Both the position numbers and the translations under genes were made by a program. From Halalkalibacterium halodurans (lineage in GTDB: Bacteria; Bacillota; Bacilli; Bacillales; Bacillaceae_D), in assembly GCF_004376175.1 (NCBI RefSeq), contig NZ_SNUY01000035.1:1-32000 (forward strand): a stretch of DNA of 32,000 nucleotides. Direction: 5' to 3'. How positions within the stretch are numbered: the first letter of the stretch is position 1; each line of letters opens with the position of its first letter. This document shows, one piece after another, positions 31,489-32,000 of this stretch. The notes under the pieces were generated by a model. That model was not told the DNA's origin and ran no database searches. It saw nothing but the letters and a program-made list of their open reading frames with translations.

Positions 31489-31532
31489 TGGCACAGATCT
31501 GGCACAAACGAGGCACAATCCTGGCAGAGCAT
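31489..31532 (+). repeat. four direct (T/A)GGCA(C/G)A repeats at exactly 11-bp spacing
   Basis: TGGCACAGATC / TGGCACAAACG / AGGCACAATCC / TGGCAGAGCAT, starting at 31489, 31500, 31511 and 31522. Read directly from the sequence. Confidence 0.85.
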
Positions 31533-31745
31533 TTCGATATTTCCCTAGTAACATGATAGTAAGCCCAAAAACGAAAAATGAGCCATGCATAAAAAATGAT
31601 ATAGGTGGGGGCCTTATGATTTGATTCGCTCATTTTAACTAACGGTGGGTTTGAAAGGAGGCGGTAGGTGCTGTAGGAAAGTCTCTGTTGCAAACAAATT
31701 CGCTCGTAAACTTTAAGGACCATACTAAAATTAGGAGGAATTCAA

Positions 31746-32000
31746 ATGACAGAAAAGCGATTTGCAGGAACGAGAATCGAAGTAAATGGGATCGTGGTAG
31801 CGAAAATTACATCCTTTACACATTCATTAGAGGTTGAGGAAGCGGATGTAACTGGTTTAGGTGACGTTGACGAAGGCAGCTCGGTGTTCAGGCAAAAATT
31901 TATTGCATCTGCTATTGGAGAGACGGCTGCAATGGAAGGGGTTGTACTTGTAGATGATGCAGGGCAATCAGAGTTAAAACGTGTAGCTGAGTCTGGGCAG
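31746..32000 (+). CDS. phage major tail / tail-tube-like protein, N-terminal 85 codons (open at the window end)
   Basis: ATG at 31746 with a perfect AGGAGG 7 nt upstream, and an open frame to the window edge. MTEKRFAGTRIEVNGIVVAKITSFTHSLEVEEADVTGLGD...DDAGQSELKRV resembles the N-terminal pattern of siphovirus tail-tube proteins (lambda gpV-like G-T-x-[LI]...[DE]xDVT...D..GQ..L). The family assignment is from memory only. Confidence 0.55.
   Translation, partial: MTEKRFAGTRIEVNGIVVAKITSFTHSLEVEEADVTGLGDVDEGSSVFRQKFIASAIGETAAMEGVVLVDDAGQSELKRVAESGQ

Noticed and set aside
31448-31723. 91-aa minus-strand ORF and an 83-aa plus-strand ORF (31373-31624) in the leader between the SHOCT gene and the tail-like gene.
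   Set aside because: Neither has an SD, and the sequence upstream of the minus-strand ORF is the complement of the tail-gene SD. The plus-strand ORF overlaps the SHOCT gene start. Both give implausible Cys/aromatic-rich translations.

Overview
This window is the chromosomal replication-origin (oriC) neighbourhood of a spore-forming, Bacillus-like Firmicute. On the minus strand the gene order is rpsR-ssb-rpsF-ychF-DUF951-YkvI-like ... spo0J-soj-noc-rsmG-mnmG-mnmE-jag-yidC-rnpA-rpmH. On the plus strand it is dnaA-dnaN-yaaA-recF-remB-gyrB-gyrA. This matches the Bacillus subtilis origin region as I recall it. The coding strand flips at about 19.6-20.2 kb, exactly where arrays of TTATCCACA DnaA boxes flank dnaA. 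A DnaA-trio-like run and an AT-rich unwinding element lie just before dnaN. rpmH is missing from the ORF track and was found by hand. Several track ORFs have over-extended N-termini, which I trimmed using Shine-Dalgarno (SD) spacing. There are four accessory or non-core parts: (1) the left end, with a small TM ORF and a divergent MATE efflux/MerR pair; (2) a cysteine-desulfurase-like gene plus a DUF554 gene between yyaC and spo0J; (3) a 675-bp non-coding noc-rsmG spacer carrying an extra DnaA-box cluster and an unexplained structured segment; (4) the region after gyrA. That last region holds an HD-GYP protein with a degenerate HD dyad, a head-on DUF4429x2-SHOCT protein, a 337-bp leader with four TGGCACA repeats at exact 11-bp phasing, and the first 85 codons of a phage tail-tube-like gene cut by the window end. 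I saw no rRNA, tRNA, CRISPR array, transposase or integrase. The best candidate for something undescribed is the right end (30.5-32 kb). It is truncated, and every functional reading there is inference.
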